Origin: Blastocatellia bacterium
GTDB lineage: Bacteria; Acidobacteriota; Blastocatellia; UBA7656
Direction: 5' to 3'
NCBI GenBank assembly: GCA_963765495.1
Contig: CAVXWP010000003.1
Location: forward strand, 64,001 to 128,000
Length of the DNA stretch: 64,000 bases
The translations under genes were made by a program, and so were the position numbers. Of this stretch, positions 52,162 to 60,964 are shown piece after piece (the first letter of the stretch is position 1; every line of letters begins with the position of its first letter). The notes under the pieces are model-generated. The model ran no database searches and was not told the DNA's origin. It saw only the letters and a program-made list of their open reading frames with translations.

Positions 52162-54303
52162 ATGTTACAGCCAGATTGCTTGTTCAATCAGGAGGTGAAC
52201 ATCTTGGATACACAAGCTAAGTTATTGCTCGAAGCCTTTCGCGTATTTGGCGTCCCGACGATAACTGAATCGCTTGGGCTTGCTTCTTCCGCGCTCGTGG
52301 GCTTTTGTGAGAAAGCGAGCGCTGCTACTTTACAAGACTCTCTCAAAGAGTATGGGGTGTCTTACTCAGGCAATCTCGACGGCTGGACGCTGCCCGATGC
52401 GGTATGGATCGCCTTCTTTCATAAATGGCCGAAGCTCTATTGTTACCCGCTTGGAGCGATTGCAGAGAGGGCCGTCAAAAAAACAATCGTATCTTTGATC
52501 TTGCCGCCCGAAGAAAGAGAAGCCTCGCCTATCCCTGACGAGGCTGCAACTCAGGAAGCTATCAGCCGTTCGCTCAATGAAATCAAGATTGAGGGGGTAT
52601 TGAAATACTTCTTTACGCAGTATCTCTTCGAGTTATCTATTCAGCGACTCCGAGCTATTAGCCACGACTGCGAAGCGGACCGTAGCTACTGGTATCACTT
52701 TTCAGCCACCGGAAGATTCAACTCATTGACCGCCGAGCAGGGGATGAGACAGATATTGAAAGGCCATTATGAAGAAGAAGCGGCGAAAATTGTCGAATCG
52801 CTGAGCCGTTCAGCGAAAAAGCACTCTATTGATTTGGGCGAGGGGCGAATCAGCGAAGCACTTCTCGATCTGGTTAATTCCTATGAGACTTCTGAGCAAA
52901 CAGTGCCCGACCGGCTGCATCATGAAGTTGATAGATCTTCGCCAAAGACGATTCATTTTACCCTGCACACTAAACATCCAAATATCTCATTTTCTTTCGA
53001 CGCTATAGAAGAATCTTTAGGCTGCAAGCTGCATTCTATAGTCAAGGATCTGCTCGACATCGGAGTCTTCGTTTATATGTATGACCTGCAAACTCCGAGA
53101 GATCGTCATCTGGCGAGACGGCTCAAGCTGAAGCTGCCTGTGCGCCACCCTGATGTCTGGGCCCGCGCGCAATCGGAGCTTGAGCGAGCAGTCTCATTCC
53201 TTGGCAGGGATGAAGTCAGCATTCAGCTTGTCCGGCGCAAGCAGCGAGCAGACCGCGCAAGAGAATTCGTCCTGGAAGACGACGAGCGATGCGTGTGTCT
53301 GCTTTCAGGCGGCCTCGACAGTCTGGCTGGAGCAGTGTGGTCTCTTGAAAAAGGACTGACACCTATATTGGTCAGTCACTATGGCAACGGCAGGCTCGCG
53401 GAGATTCAGCACAGATTGGTCAAACAACTTGGAGAAGCATTTGATAAAGAGCTTCAGCACATTCCGATTTACGTCGCCAGGGCCAAAGGCAAGGAGGTCC
53501 GGGGCAGGCTGCCTTCGGCCCCTCATTCGATAATGTCTCAACACCTGCGAAGCTTCCTGTTCCTGTCCTTAGCCAGCGCCGTAGCCTTGCAGTCCGGCAT
53601 CGGGAGAATATACATATTTGAAAATGGTCCTGTGGCATTGAACCCCGATTTTTCAGAAGCCAGAGTAAACACGCGAACGGCACATCCCCACTTCCTTGAA
53701 TTTTTCGCAGACTTCCTGAAGGCTTCCCTCGCAGTCGAGATAAATGTCGAAAACCCATTCTTACATTCCACAAAAGGGGAAGTAGCTTCTATTATCAACA
53801 ATCCGGGGCTGCTATCGCTCGCCGGTGAAACGAATTCCTGCTGGAACTGGTTCAGGGTGCACCTTCTGGCCCACCAGCAGAGCGTTCAGCATTTCGATGG
53901 AACGCATGACGGCGACTGCCTCCCGTGTGTAATCAGAAGGATCGCCATGCATAGAGCGAATCTCTGGAATAGCGATGCCAGGTATCTGAATGATGTATTC
54001 AAACGATTTTCTGATTTGCCAAGAGATAGTGTAAGCGCGATTGCCGATTACGTGCGCTTCTGTATGAATGTGAGAGGTCTTTCTGCCGCCGAGTTGATGT
54101 ATTTCGCTCCTGATTTTTCGGTATGTGCCGGAGGAGCAGCCCCTGAGAAACTTATGACAATGTACCGGCGACACGCAGATGAAGTCATAAGCTGCTTTCG
54201 CGATAAAGCCGGTGTTGAATTCCAGAAGATGCTTGCTGCTTACAGATACATCTCTTCGCCGGAACTGGAACGTTCTGAACTAGAACTGATAGGAACTTTT
54301 TAA
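52162..54303 (+). CDS. QueC-family PP-loop protein of QatC type with a ~250-aa QatB-like N-terminal domain
   Basis: DLLDIGVFVY..D, LPVR..W, LLSGGLDS, RSFLF, ENG, TRTAHP, NPF..TKGE, SCW, CLPCVIRR; likely start TTG 52204 after AGGAGGTGA. Confidence 0.85.
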   Translation: MLQPDCLFNQEVNILDTQAKLLLEAFRVFGVPTITESLGLASSALVGFCEKASAATLQDSLKEYGVSYSGNLDGWTLPDAVWIAFFHKWPKLYCYPLGAIAERAVKKTIVSLILPPEEREASPIPDEAATQEAISRSLNEIKIEGVLKYFFTQYLFELSIQRLRAISHDCEADRSYWYHFSATGRFNSLTAEQGMRQILKGHYEEEAAKIVESLSRSAKKHSIDLGEGRISEALLDLVNSYETSEQTVPDRLHHEVDRSSPKTIHFTLHTKHPNISFSFDAIEESLGCKLHSIVKDLLDIGVFVYMYDLQTPRDRHLARRLKLKLPVRHPDVWARAQSELERAVSFLGRDEVSIQLVRRKQRADRAREFVLEDDERCVCLLSGGLDSLAGAVWSLEKGLTPILVSHYGNGRLAEIQHRLVKQLGEAFDKELQHIPIYVARAKGKEVRGRLPSAPHSIMSQHLRSFLFLSLASAVALQSGIGRIYIFENGPVALNPDFSEARVNTRTAHPHFLEFFADFLKASLAVEINVENPFLHSTKGEVASIINNPGLLSLAGETNSCWNWFRVHLLAHQQSVQHFDGTHDGDCLPCVIRRIAMHRANLWNSDARYLNDVFKRFSDLPRDSVSAIADYVRFCMNVRGLSAAELMYFAPDFSVCAGGAAPEKLMTMYRRHADEVISCFRDKAGVEFQKMLAAYRYISSPELERSELELIGTF

Positions 54304-54379
54304 AGGCTTACGGTGCAATCATCGAGACCGGGCGAATGCCGCGCGACGCGGCTGGCAGACACGCACGGGAAGCCGCGCA

Positions 54380-54422
54380 AGAAAGGCTCAAGGGCGCTGT
54401 CTAAGCGCCCTTGAGCCTTTCT
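54380..54422. terminator. 19-bp perfect hairpin, probable bidirectional terminator
   Basis: AGAAAGGCTCAAGGGCGCT-gtcta-AGCGCCCTTGAGCCTTTCT between convergent units. Confidence 0.7.
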
Positions 54423-54784
54423 GAAGCCAATAGCTTACTACCCTGCTACTTCCCGTTGCCGTTGATTCTGGGTATAAGCTGTATTTCGAGGACGCTTTCG
54501 CTCCCGGAAAAGAGCCCGGGCCTGAAATGCGTCCCAGCCAAACGAAAGCGATAGAGTCAATCAATACGGCTGTTGGAATCGGTCTCAGGCTCTGTTTTTT
54601 GTAGAGCGGCCATAAGCGGAATCCGAACTGTGAGCGGGAGACTTGCGTCTCAACTCCGCCCTTCGTCTTCCTCATAGCGGCGGATTGCAAGCGCCTATAA
54701 TCAAACTGCGGGGCTGCGCCGAATGAGCCCAAGCCACGGCTTTTCTTATCCACAGACCTGGACTCATTCGGGTAGGGGCAACAC

Positions 54785-55225
54785 TCATTTGCGCCTGCTG
54801 TTTGACCAGAGCGGGATACCCTGCCCGTTACGCAAGTTAAGCGTCTTATCGCCCTTCCTGACCTCGCGCGCAAGCACCACATCAGCGCCTTCATACTTTA
54901 CCTTCGATCCGATGACTTCTACCGAGTCGCCTTTGGCGAATGAAAAGTTCTGCTCTTTCAGATAGAAAGACGGGCCGATATGAACTTCCATAGTCTCTTT
55001 ATCGGCTTTGACTATCAGGTGCGTGCCTTCCCATCCCATTGGAGAGGGAATCTGTTTAACTTCCTCGACGACACCTTTGAGGGTCATCTCGGAGGCCGGA
55101 TCATATTTCGGCATTCCTTTTCCCTGGCCCCTCCGATTTTGGATCAAAGCAGGCACGGCCACAGATGCAGCCATAATTGCGACCAGAGCCGCAACCGATA
55201 TAACTGGCCGGAAACGATTTTTCAT
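54785..55225 (-). CDS. Exported OB-fold-like protein (MamS/MamX-domain-like)
   Basis: Signal peptide; YDP..TLKGVV, VHIGP..YL, GDSVEVIGS, LR..G.PLW; GGAGG RBS. Confidence 0.7.
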   Translation of the reverse strand: MKNRFRPVISVAALVAIMAASVAVPALIQNRRGQGKGMPKYDPASEMTLKGVVEEVKQIPSPMGWEGTHLIVKADKETMEVHIGPSFYLKEQNFSFAKGDSVEVIGSKVKYEGADVVLAREVRKGDKTLNLRNGQGIPLWSNSRRK

Positions 55226-55453
55226 AATGCCACCTCCCGGTTATTATTGCCGCCGCCCACTTCGTATGATTTCGATTTAGAGGGCGGTAGAGCAATCAGA
55301 CACAAGCGTTGGCCCGAAGAAAGCGCCCGCCGCCTGCGTTCCCAGCTAGGTTGCACGGTCTCTTCGCGCCAGGTCACAGACCGACCGGCGCTTTGCGATC
55401 AAGCCGTAATTTTGCTATGAGCCCGGTCTTATCGGGCCAATCCAAATATATGC

Positions 55454-55469
55454 AGCAACCAGGGTGCCG
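55454..55469 (-). promoter_or_regulatory. Putative sigma54 promoter
   Basis: Minus strand CGGCAC-CCTGG-TTGCT. Confidence 0.65.
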
Positions 55470-55519
55470 ATCCTCCATCAGTGATTTCTCCGCAAACTGT
55501 GTGCCGGTTAGCAAGAAGA

Positions 55520-55557
55520 TGAGCAAAGTTCCGCACAGAAATGAGCGAAAGTCCACA
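55520..55557 (+). promoter_or_regulatory. Tandem 16-bp enhancer-like sites
   Basis: TGAGCAAAGTTCCGCA and TGAGCGAAAGTCCACA, 22 bp apart, between divergent genes. Confidence 0.6.
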
Positions 55558-55744
55558 ATCCCTGATCGGGGGCTTTTCTGTCGCTTCCATTCTACTGAAA
55601 ATATTAGGCAAATTGCGCGCTCACCCCGGCATATCTATTGCACATATCTAAGCAAGCCATGATTTGGGCGCGTGATTCTGGCAGCGAGCTTGAAAGTCCC
55701 GTTGTGCGTTGCGTGGCAATGATCTGAACAAGGAGGAAAATTTA

Positions 55745-56296
55745 ATGGTTGCGGAAATGAAAGCGCCGACAGGTCTCGACATTGGGCAGAATGTCTTCCT
55801 TCATCTCAAGAGCCTATCTGAGTTGAACGAAGACGACCTGAAGGTAAAGACGGACGGAGAAATAATAACACTTGAAGGGTTCGTCAGAAGTCGCGACGAG
55901 AAACGGACGGCGGAGAAGGCTGCGCTGGAAGTGCCCGGCGTAAAGGCCGTTGCAAACGAGATAGTCGTAAAGCCACCTGTGGAACGCCCCGATACGGAGA
56001 TACTTCGAGATATTCTCCGCGAGTTTCGGGCAAACATCCTGATACCCGTCAATCAGGTAAAGGTAATCGTAAGTGACTGCCGGGTCACATTGGAAGGGAT
56101 GGTTCACTCCCAATTCGAGAAGCTGCTGGCAGGGGCCGCGATGAAAAGAGTGCGCGGTGTCAAAGGCATAGAGAACAATATCGAGGTCAAGGCCGAAGCT
56201 GTGGATCCTGAAATAGCGGGAGAAGAAGAGGATACGCTGGCTCTTATTAACAGCGAGGGAGCCTGGACCGAGTTAGGTGCTGCCGAAGCAGGCTGA
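55745..56296 (+). CDS. BON-domain protein, two repeats
   Basis: ITLEG..VPGVKAVANEI; VTLEG..VRGVKGIENNI. Confidence 0.88.
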   Translation: MVAEMKAPTGLDIGQNVFLHLKSLSELNEDDLKVKTDGEIITLEGFVRSRDEKRTAEKAALEVPGVKAVANEIVVKPPVERPDTEILRDILREFRANILIPVNQVKVIVSDCRVTLEGMVHSQFEKLLAGAAMKRVRGVKGIENNIEVKAEAVDPEIAGEEEDTLALINSEGAWTELGAAEAG

Positions 56297-56443
56297 TCAG
56301 ACAAGATGTGACAAGATGTGGCAGGACCTAATTGGCCGTGCCACATCTGATTCGGCAGATGCCACCCAGCTATATTGAGTTGTGCTCCGTCGTTGCTCCG
56401 TAAGCGATAGATCGAAGGGTAGAGCAATCAGGGGAGCTGGGGT

Positions 56444-57172
56444 GTGAATCAGGCAATCGCAAAACGAGCAGAGGCAGTCTTTCGCGCGCGCGGCCTCACG
56501 AAGATTTATCGGATGGGGGAGGTCGAGGTTCACGCCTTGCGTTCGGTGGACCTCGATCTTTACGAAGGCGAATTCGTTGTGCTGCTCGGCCCGTCAGGGA
56601 GCGGAAAGTCTACGCTGCTGAACATCCTTGGCGGTCTGGATGCGCCCACGAGCGGAGAGGTCTCTTTTCGCGATCACGATCTTGTCGCTGCCGATGACCG
56701 CGAATTGACGCGCTTCCGGCGTGAGCACGTCGGGTTCGTGTTCCAGTTTTATAACCTCATCCCGAGCCTGACCGCGCTTGAAAACGTTCAACTCGTCACA
56801 GAGATCGCTGAACACCCAATGTCGGCAGATGTTGCGCTCAAGCTCGTCGGACTCGAAGATCGGATGAATCACTTTCCTTCGCAGATGCCGGGCGGTGAGC
56901 AGCAGCGTGTGGCGATTGCTCGCGCGGTTGCGAAACGCCCCGACGTGTTGCTGTGCGACGAGCCGACCGGCGCGCTCGATTTTGCAACCGGCAAACTGGT
57001 GCTCGAAGCTCTCGAGCACGTCAATCAGGAACTCGGAACCACCACGGCTGTCATCACGCACAACGCCGCAATCGCCGGGATGGCTGATCGAGTGATACGG
57101 CTCGGCAGCGGCCAGATAGTCGAAGCCCGCTCGAACGAGGTGAAAGCGCACCCGGCGGACCTTGAATGGTGA
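56444..57172 (+). CDS. MacB/LolD-type ABC ATPase with altered signature motif
   Basis: [23 protein letters not shown] (normally LSGGEQQ), CDEPTGALD. Confidence 0.88.
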   Translation: MNQAIAKRAEAVFRARGLTKIYRMGEVEVHALRSVDLDLYEGEFVVLLGPSGSGKSTLLNILGGLDAPTSGEVSFRDHDLVAADDRELTRFRREHVGFVFQFYNLIPSLTALENVQLVTEIAEHPMSADVALKLVGLEDRMNHFPSQMPGGEQQRVAIARAVAKRPDVLLCDEPTGALDFATGKLVLEALEHVNQELGTTTAVITHNAAIAGMADRVIRLGSGQIVEARSNEVKAHPADLEW

Positions 57173-57178
57173 GGATGT

Positions 57179-57549
57179 ATGAAAGCGCTCGACCGCAAAC
57201 TGATCCGCGATCTGCTACATATGCGGGCGCAGGTGTTTGCCATCATCCTTGTGGTCGCCTGCGAGTGCTTGGGTTTACGAAGGCCGAGATCGGGGTGATG
57301 TTGCTCGGCGAGCAGGCTATATTGACAGCCGTCGCGGTCCCGGTCGGTTATGTGATCGGTTATTTGCTGTGTTTCCTGATCACAAAGGCGGTCCACAATG
57401 AAATGATGCGTTTGCCGATGGTCATCACGCAAAAGACTCCTGCGCTCGCTCTGTGTGTTACGGCTTCGGCCGCGCTTCTTTCGGGGCTGCTGGTGCAATG
57501 GCGATTGAGACGGCTCGATCTGGTTGAGGTCTTGAAGACAAGAGAGTGA
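57179..57549 (+). pseudogene. FtsX-like ABC permease with large internal deletion
   Basis: N-terminus [28 protein letters not shown] joined out of frame to C-terminus [18 protein letters not shown]. Confidence 0.85.
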
Positions 57550-57556
57550 GGCAGTT

Positions 57557-58660
57557 ATGAAAGTCAAAAGAAGCCAGATCATTTTCGTGATTGTAATCCT
57601 GATGCTGAGCGGGCTGATCGTTATTGCGTTCTTACCCTCTCCCGTGGGGGTTGAGACCTCTCGCGCCGAGCGGGGGCCTCTTCGCCTTACGATAGATGAA
57701 GAAGGCGAAGCGCGCGCGCACGACCGTTTTGTGATAGCCGCGCCTGTGACGGGACGGCTCGCACGCGTAGAACTCCGCGAAGGGGATGAGGTGGCATCGG
57801 GCCAGATTGTGGCTGTAATCGAGCCTTCTCCCCTGGACCCGCGTGAGCGAGAAGAGGTGATTGCGCGTGTGCAGTCGGCGGAGGCATTGAAGCGCGAAGC
57901 CGAGGAGCAGGTTGAGTGTGCTCGAGCCAGCTACGAACAGGCGAAGAGTGCCGAGGTGACGAGTGCAAATGAGTTTGAGGCGGCCAGGTTCAAAGCGCAA
58001 GCCGCGGCCTCGGAAGTGAGACTCGCACGCGCGGGGCTGATCGCAAGCGATGCGGAGCAAAAAGACAGGGCAAGGCTTGTAAGGCTCAAATCAACTGTGG
58101 CCGGGCACGTATTGCAAGTCATCGAAAAGAGCGAGCGGGTTGTTGCGGTAGGAACCCCGATTATTGCCCTGGGCGATCCTGACAAACTGGAGGTTGTTGT
58201 GGATGTGCTTTCGACAGACGCCGTGAAAATAGAGCCCGGGATGAGAATGTTTCTTGAGGATTGGGGAGGAGAGGAAGCGCTTCGGGCGCAAGTCAGGACG
58301 GTCGAATGTTCAGCGTTCACGAAAGTCTCCGCGCTCGGTATAGAGGAGCAGCGCGTCAATATCGTCGCAGATTTCGTAGACCCACCCGGTCCGCTCGGCG
58401 ACGGCTATCGCGTTGAAGCAAGAATCGTTATTTGGGAGGGCAAAGACGCTTTGAAGGTTCCCTCGAGTGCCCTGTTTCGCCAGGGCACGGGCTGGAACGT
58501 CTTTGTTGTTGAAAACGGGAAGGCTCACAATCGAGAGGTTGAAATCGGCCACAGGAGCCAGTTCGAGGTCGAAATACTGGCTGGCGTTCAAGAAGGCGAG
58601 CAAGTGGTTCTTCATCCCTCGAATCAGATTGCGGAAGGTGTGCGCGTTGAATTGAGATGA
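57557..58660 (+). CDS. HlyD-type periplasmic adaptor (alpha-hairpin appears shortened)
   Basis: APVTGRL..EGD, LSTDAV, KVSALGIEEQRV, LGDGYRVE. Confidence 0.88.
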   Translation: MKVKRSQIIFVIVILMLSGLIVIAFLPSPVGVETSRAERGPLRLTIDEEGEARAHDRFVIAAPVTGRLARVELREGDEVASGQIVAVIEPSPLDPREREEVIARVQSAEALKREAEEQVECARASYEQAKSAEVTSANEFEAARFKAQAAASEVRLARAGLIASDAEQKDRARLVRLKSTVAGHVLQVIEKSERVVAVGTPIIALGDPDKLEVVVDVLSTDAVKIEPGMRMFLEDWGGEEALRAQVRTVECSAFTKVSALGIEEQRVNIVADFVDPPGPLGDGYRVEARIVIWEGKDALKVPSSALFRQGTGWNVFVVENGKAHNREVEIGHRSQFEVEILAGVQEGEQVVLHPSNQIAEGVRVELR

Positions 58661-58809
58661 AATTTATAGCCTGTTACTCCGGTATCAAAAGGTGATAGCC
58701 GTAAATGGACCTGGTGACAGGCATCTGCGTACCGCGATCATCCATAAGGATAGTGACTGGTATATCAGGTTTCGCCTGAGCAAAAAGGAGTTGTGAAAGG
58801 AGAATTGAA

Positions 58810-59526
58810 ATGACTGAAGAGAGATTACTTTCAAAGATTATTGGACTGGCGCTTACAGGAGCAGCAGGTGTTGCCGGTTATACTTTCCTGATGCGCCCCT
58901 GGCACCTAAAATGGGGAGCAACCGATGAGGAATGCCGTGAACCCCTGCCGGGCGATGAAATTACGCCGAACCCGGAACAGCAGGCTACTCATGCTATAAC
59001 CATCAATGCTCCGGTCGCCGATGTATGGCCGTGGCTCGTTCAAATCGGACAGACGCGAGGCGGATTTTATAGCTATGCCTGGCTCGAAAACGTGGTTGGC
59101 TGCGATATGCATAATGCTGACCGCATCGTCCTGGAATGGCAGAGCCTCAGGGTCGGAGACGTTGTGTGGCTTCATCCCAAAGCGCCGCCACTTCCGGTTC
59201 TCATAGTGGAACCCTATCGGGCGATTGTGCTCGGCGCGGCTGAAACAGAAGGAGGAGATGAGACAATGTTTGGCAGCGGGACATGGGGCCTCTATCTCAA
59301 AGAGGTCAATGAGAACACAACGCGATTGATTTTTCGAAATCGCGGCACGAGGGGGGCGGGGCTACTCGGTTGGTTTGTTAACTATGTGATGTTTGAACCG
59401 GCTCACTTTGTAATGGAGCGCAAGATGATGCTTGGCATAAAAGAGAGAGCCGAGGCGCTGGGCAGAAGGTGGGCGATCCCTGATGAGGTCAGGACTGGCG
59501 GTCAAGCAGATGGCGCTCCAATCTGA
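58810..59526 (+). CDS. SRPBCC-fold-like conserved protein
   Basis: WGAT..LPGD, ITINAP..VWPWLVQIGQ.RGGFYSY, MERKMMLGIK.RAE. Confidence 0.8.
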   Translation: MTEERLLSKIIGLALTGAAGVAGYTFLMRPWHLKWGATDEECREPLPGDEITPNPEQQATHAITINAPVADVWPWLVQIGQTRGGFYSYAWLENVVGCDMHNADRIVLEWQSLRVGDVVWLHPKAPPLPVLIVEPYRAIVLGAAETEGGDETMFGSGTWGLYLKEVNENTTRLIFRNRGTRGAGLLGWFVNYVMFEPAHFVMERKMMLGIKERAEALGRRWAIPDEVRTGGQADGAPI

Positions 59527-59638
59527 TGACACGTGGACGAAACGGGAGGCAACAGATGAGTAGGGCCGGGGCTATCGAGGTCTGAGGCTGGAGTAACTGA
59601 TATCCTTTTGGGTGTATAAGAGGCTACGGAAATGCAAA

Positions 59639-59764
59639 TGTCAGCAAAAATAATTTTAGGCGGTTTGGGTTTAACTGGCGCAGGTCTGGGATTGGCGACA
59701 TGGTTCGGGAATACTCGATGGAATCATAAGACCTCTCAATTCGTTAGCAGATTAGGAGGGACGC
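59639..59764 (+). pseudogene. N-terminal fragment of a membrane-anchored protein (DUF6544-like) cut by the IS
   Basis: MSAKIILGGLGLTGAGLGLATWFGNTRWNHKTSQFVSRL then the IS end. Confidence 0.45.
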
Positions 59765-60964
59765 CTGATGTCTGGACACATTTCATAAAACCGCCAAGAG
59801 ATTGAGCTTTTGTCTATGATCAAGCACATCCCAGAAACTCTCGTCTTTCCTGATGAGTTCTGCCATCGCCCTCATCAGGCTCAACTCTGCTCTTTGCCTT
59901 CGCCTCGACATCACTTTTCTCAACTCCCTGTTCAAGACTTCTCGCTTGCCAAGCATATAACATCCGATCCCATACAATATCAACATCGCCACTGCTACAA
60001 GCGTGAACATTCTTGCCCACGCTTGTATGCACTCGATCCGTGCCTCGGCAAATCCAAGCAGCCTCTTTGCGTCGCGGAATCCCTCTTCGCACCTAAACCG
60101 CCGCCCATATTCTTGCGTCGTTTCTTGAGCACTCATTCTTTGATTGCTCAACAAATGCCAGATGCCCCATTTGCCTTTTCGATCTCGTTTTCGGCTTTGC
60201 GTCACATAGAGCCGTCGTGGATCTGTTTGGCAGTATCGCAGCCGTCCAAGACTTCGCCTTCGTTGGTTGCGTGACAGGCGAAGTTGTTTGAGCTTTACCC
60301 ATTTGCGGTTGTAATAAACCTTGATATTATCTTTCGTGCGAATGACAAAGCAAACCCGCAATTTATTGAGCAAATCTATCAATTTGACATCAGCAAAGGC
60401 GCGATCGGCGGTCAAAATCAATCGACTTCTTCCTATTGGAAGAAGCACCTCAGTGATGAGGGCGGTGAGAAAATCGCGCTCATAGCTGCTGCGGCGATTT
60501 TTAATAGAGTCTTGATTGTATGCCTGCCAGTAAACAGGTATTGCGCGAGTGCCTGTGCAAATCGAAGCGACCAGGAGATGTTGTTGATCCTCAATCGTCC
60601 AGTCAATGCTGAGACGAATGATGCCGACCAGGGGCAGTTGAGAGATAATAACGCGAGCCGTTTGCCGCGCCAGGCAATCGACATCGAGACGAGTATTATG
60701 CAGAAAGCGAGTCAGGCGTTTGCAGGCAGCTTCAAAATTATCGAAGAAACGAGCCAGAGAGGCCTGATAACAACTCCTGGTGGAGATAAGGGCGAACACA
60801 AAATCGACAAGAGCGTTGCGTTGATGGCCGTGTGCGTTTTCAAAGATCGAGTTGATATACTCAACAAGGCGAGTTGGAGTAGTGTTTTGAGTCGTCATAA
60901 CCCAGAACTCTACAGAGTTAATCACTCATTTCAACTCGCCGCATCAAATGTGTCCAGACTTCAG
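59765..60964 (-). mobile_element. IS4-family element, 1200 bp, no target-site duplication
   Basis: 19-bp TIRs CTGA(T/A)GTCTGGACACATTT at 59765-59783 and 60946-60964. Confidence 0.9.
59783..60898 (-). CDS. IS4-family DDE transposase, apparently intact
   Basis: IDWT, ADRAF, YGRRFRCEEGFRDAK (YREK motif). Confidence 0.9.
   Translation of the reverse strand: MTTQNTTPTRLVEYINSIFENAHGHQRNALVDFVFALISTRSCYQASLARFFDNFEAACKRLTRFLHNTRLDVDCLARQTARVIISQLPLVGIIRLSIDWTIEDQQHLLVASICTGTRAIPVYWQAYNQDSIKNRRSSYERDFLTALITEVLLPIGRSRLILTADRAFADVKLIDLLNKLRVCFVIRTKDNIKVYYNRKWVKLKQLRLSRNQRRRSLGRLRYCQTDPRRLYVTQSRKRDRKGKWGIWHLLSNQRMSAQETTQEYGRRFRCEEGFRDAKRLLGFAEARIECIQAWARMFTLVAVAMLILYGIGCYMLGKREVLNRELRKVMSRRRQRAELSLMRAMAELIRKDESFWDVLDHRQKLNLLAVL

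Noticed and set aside
52162-54303. Housekeeping queC or a dpd DNA-modification cluster
   Set aside because: About three times the length of QueC, has QatC-type motifs, and no queD, queE, folE or dpdA genes are nearby.
54388-54894. 168-aa minus-strand ORF
   Set aside because: Overlaps the OB-fold gene and the terminator; no recognisable family or RBS.
54785-55225. Magnetosome gene
   Set aside because: Only a generic domain resemblance; no other mam genes.
56300-56350. GACAAGATGT tandem repeat and hairpin after the BON gene
   Set aside because: Only two units; most simply a local duplication within a terminator-like stem.
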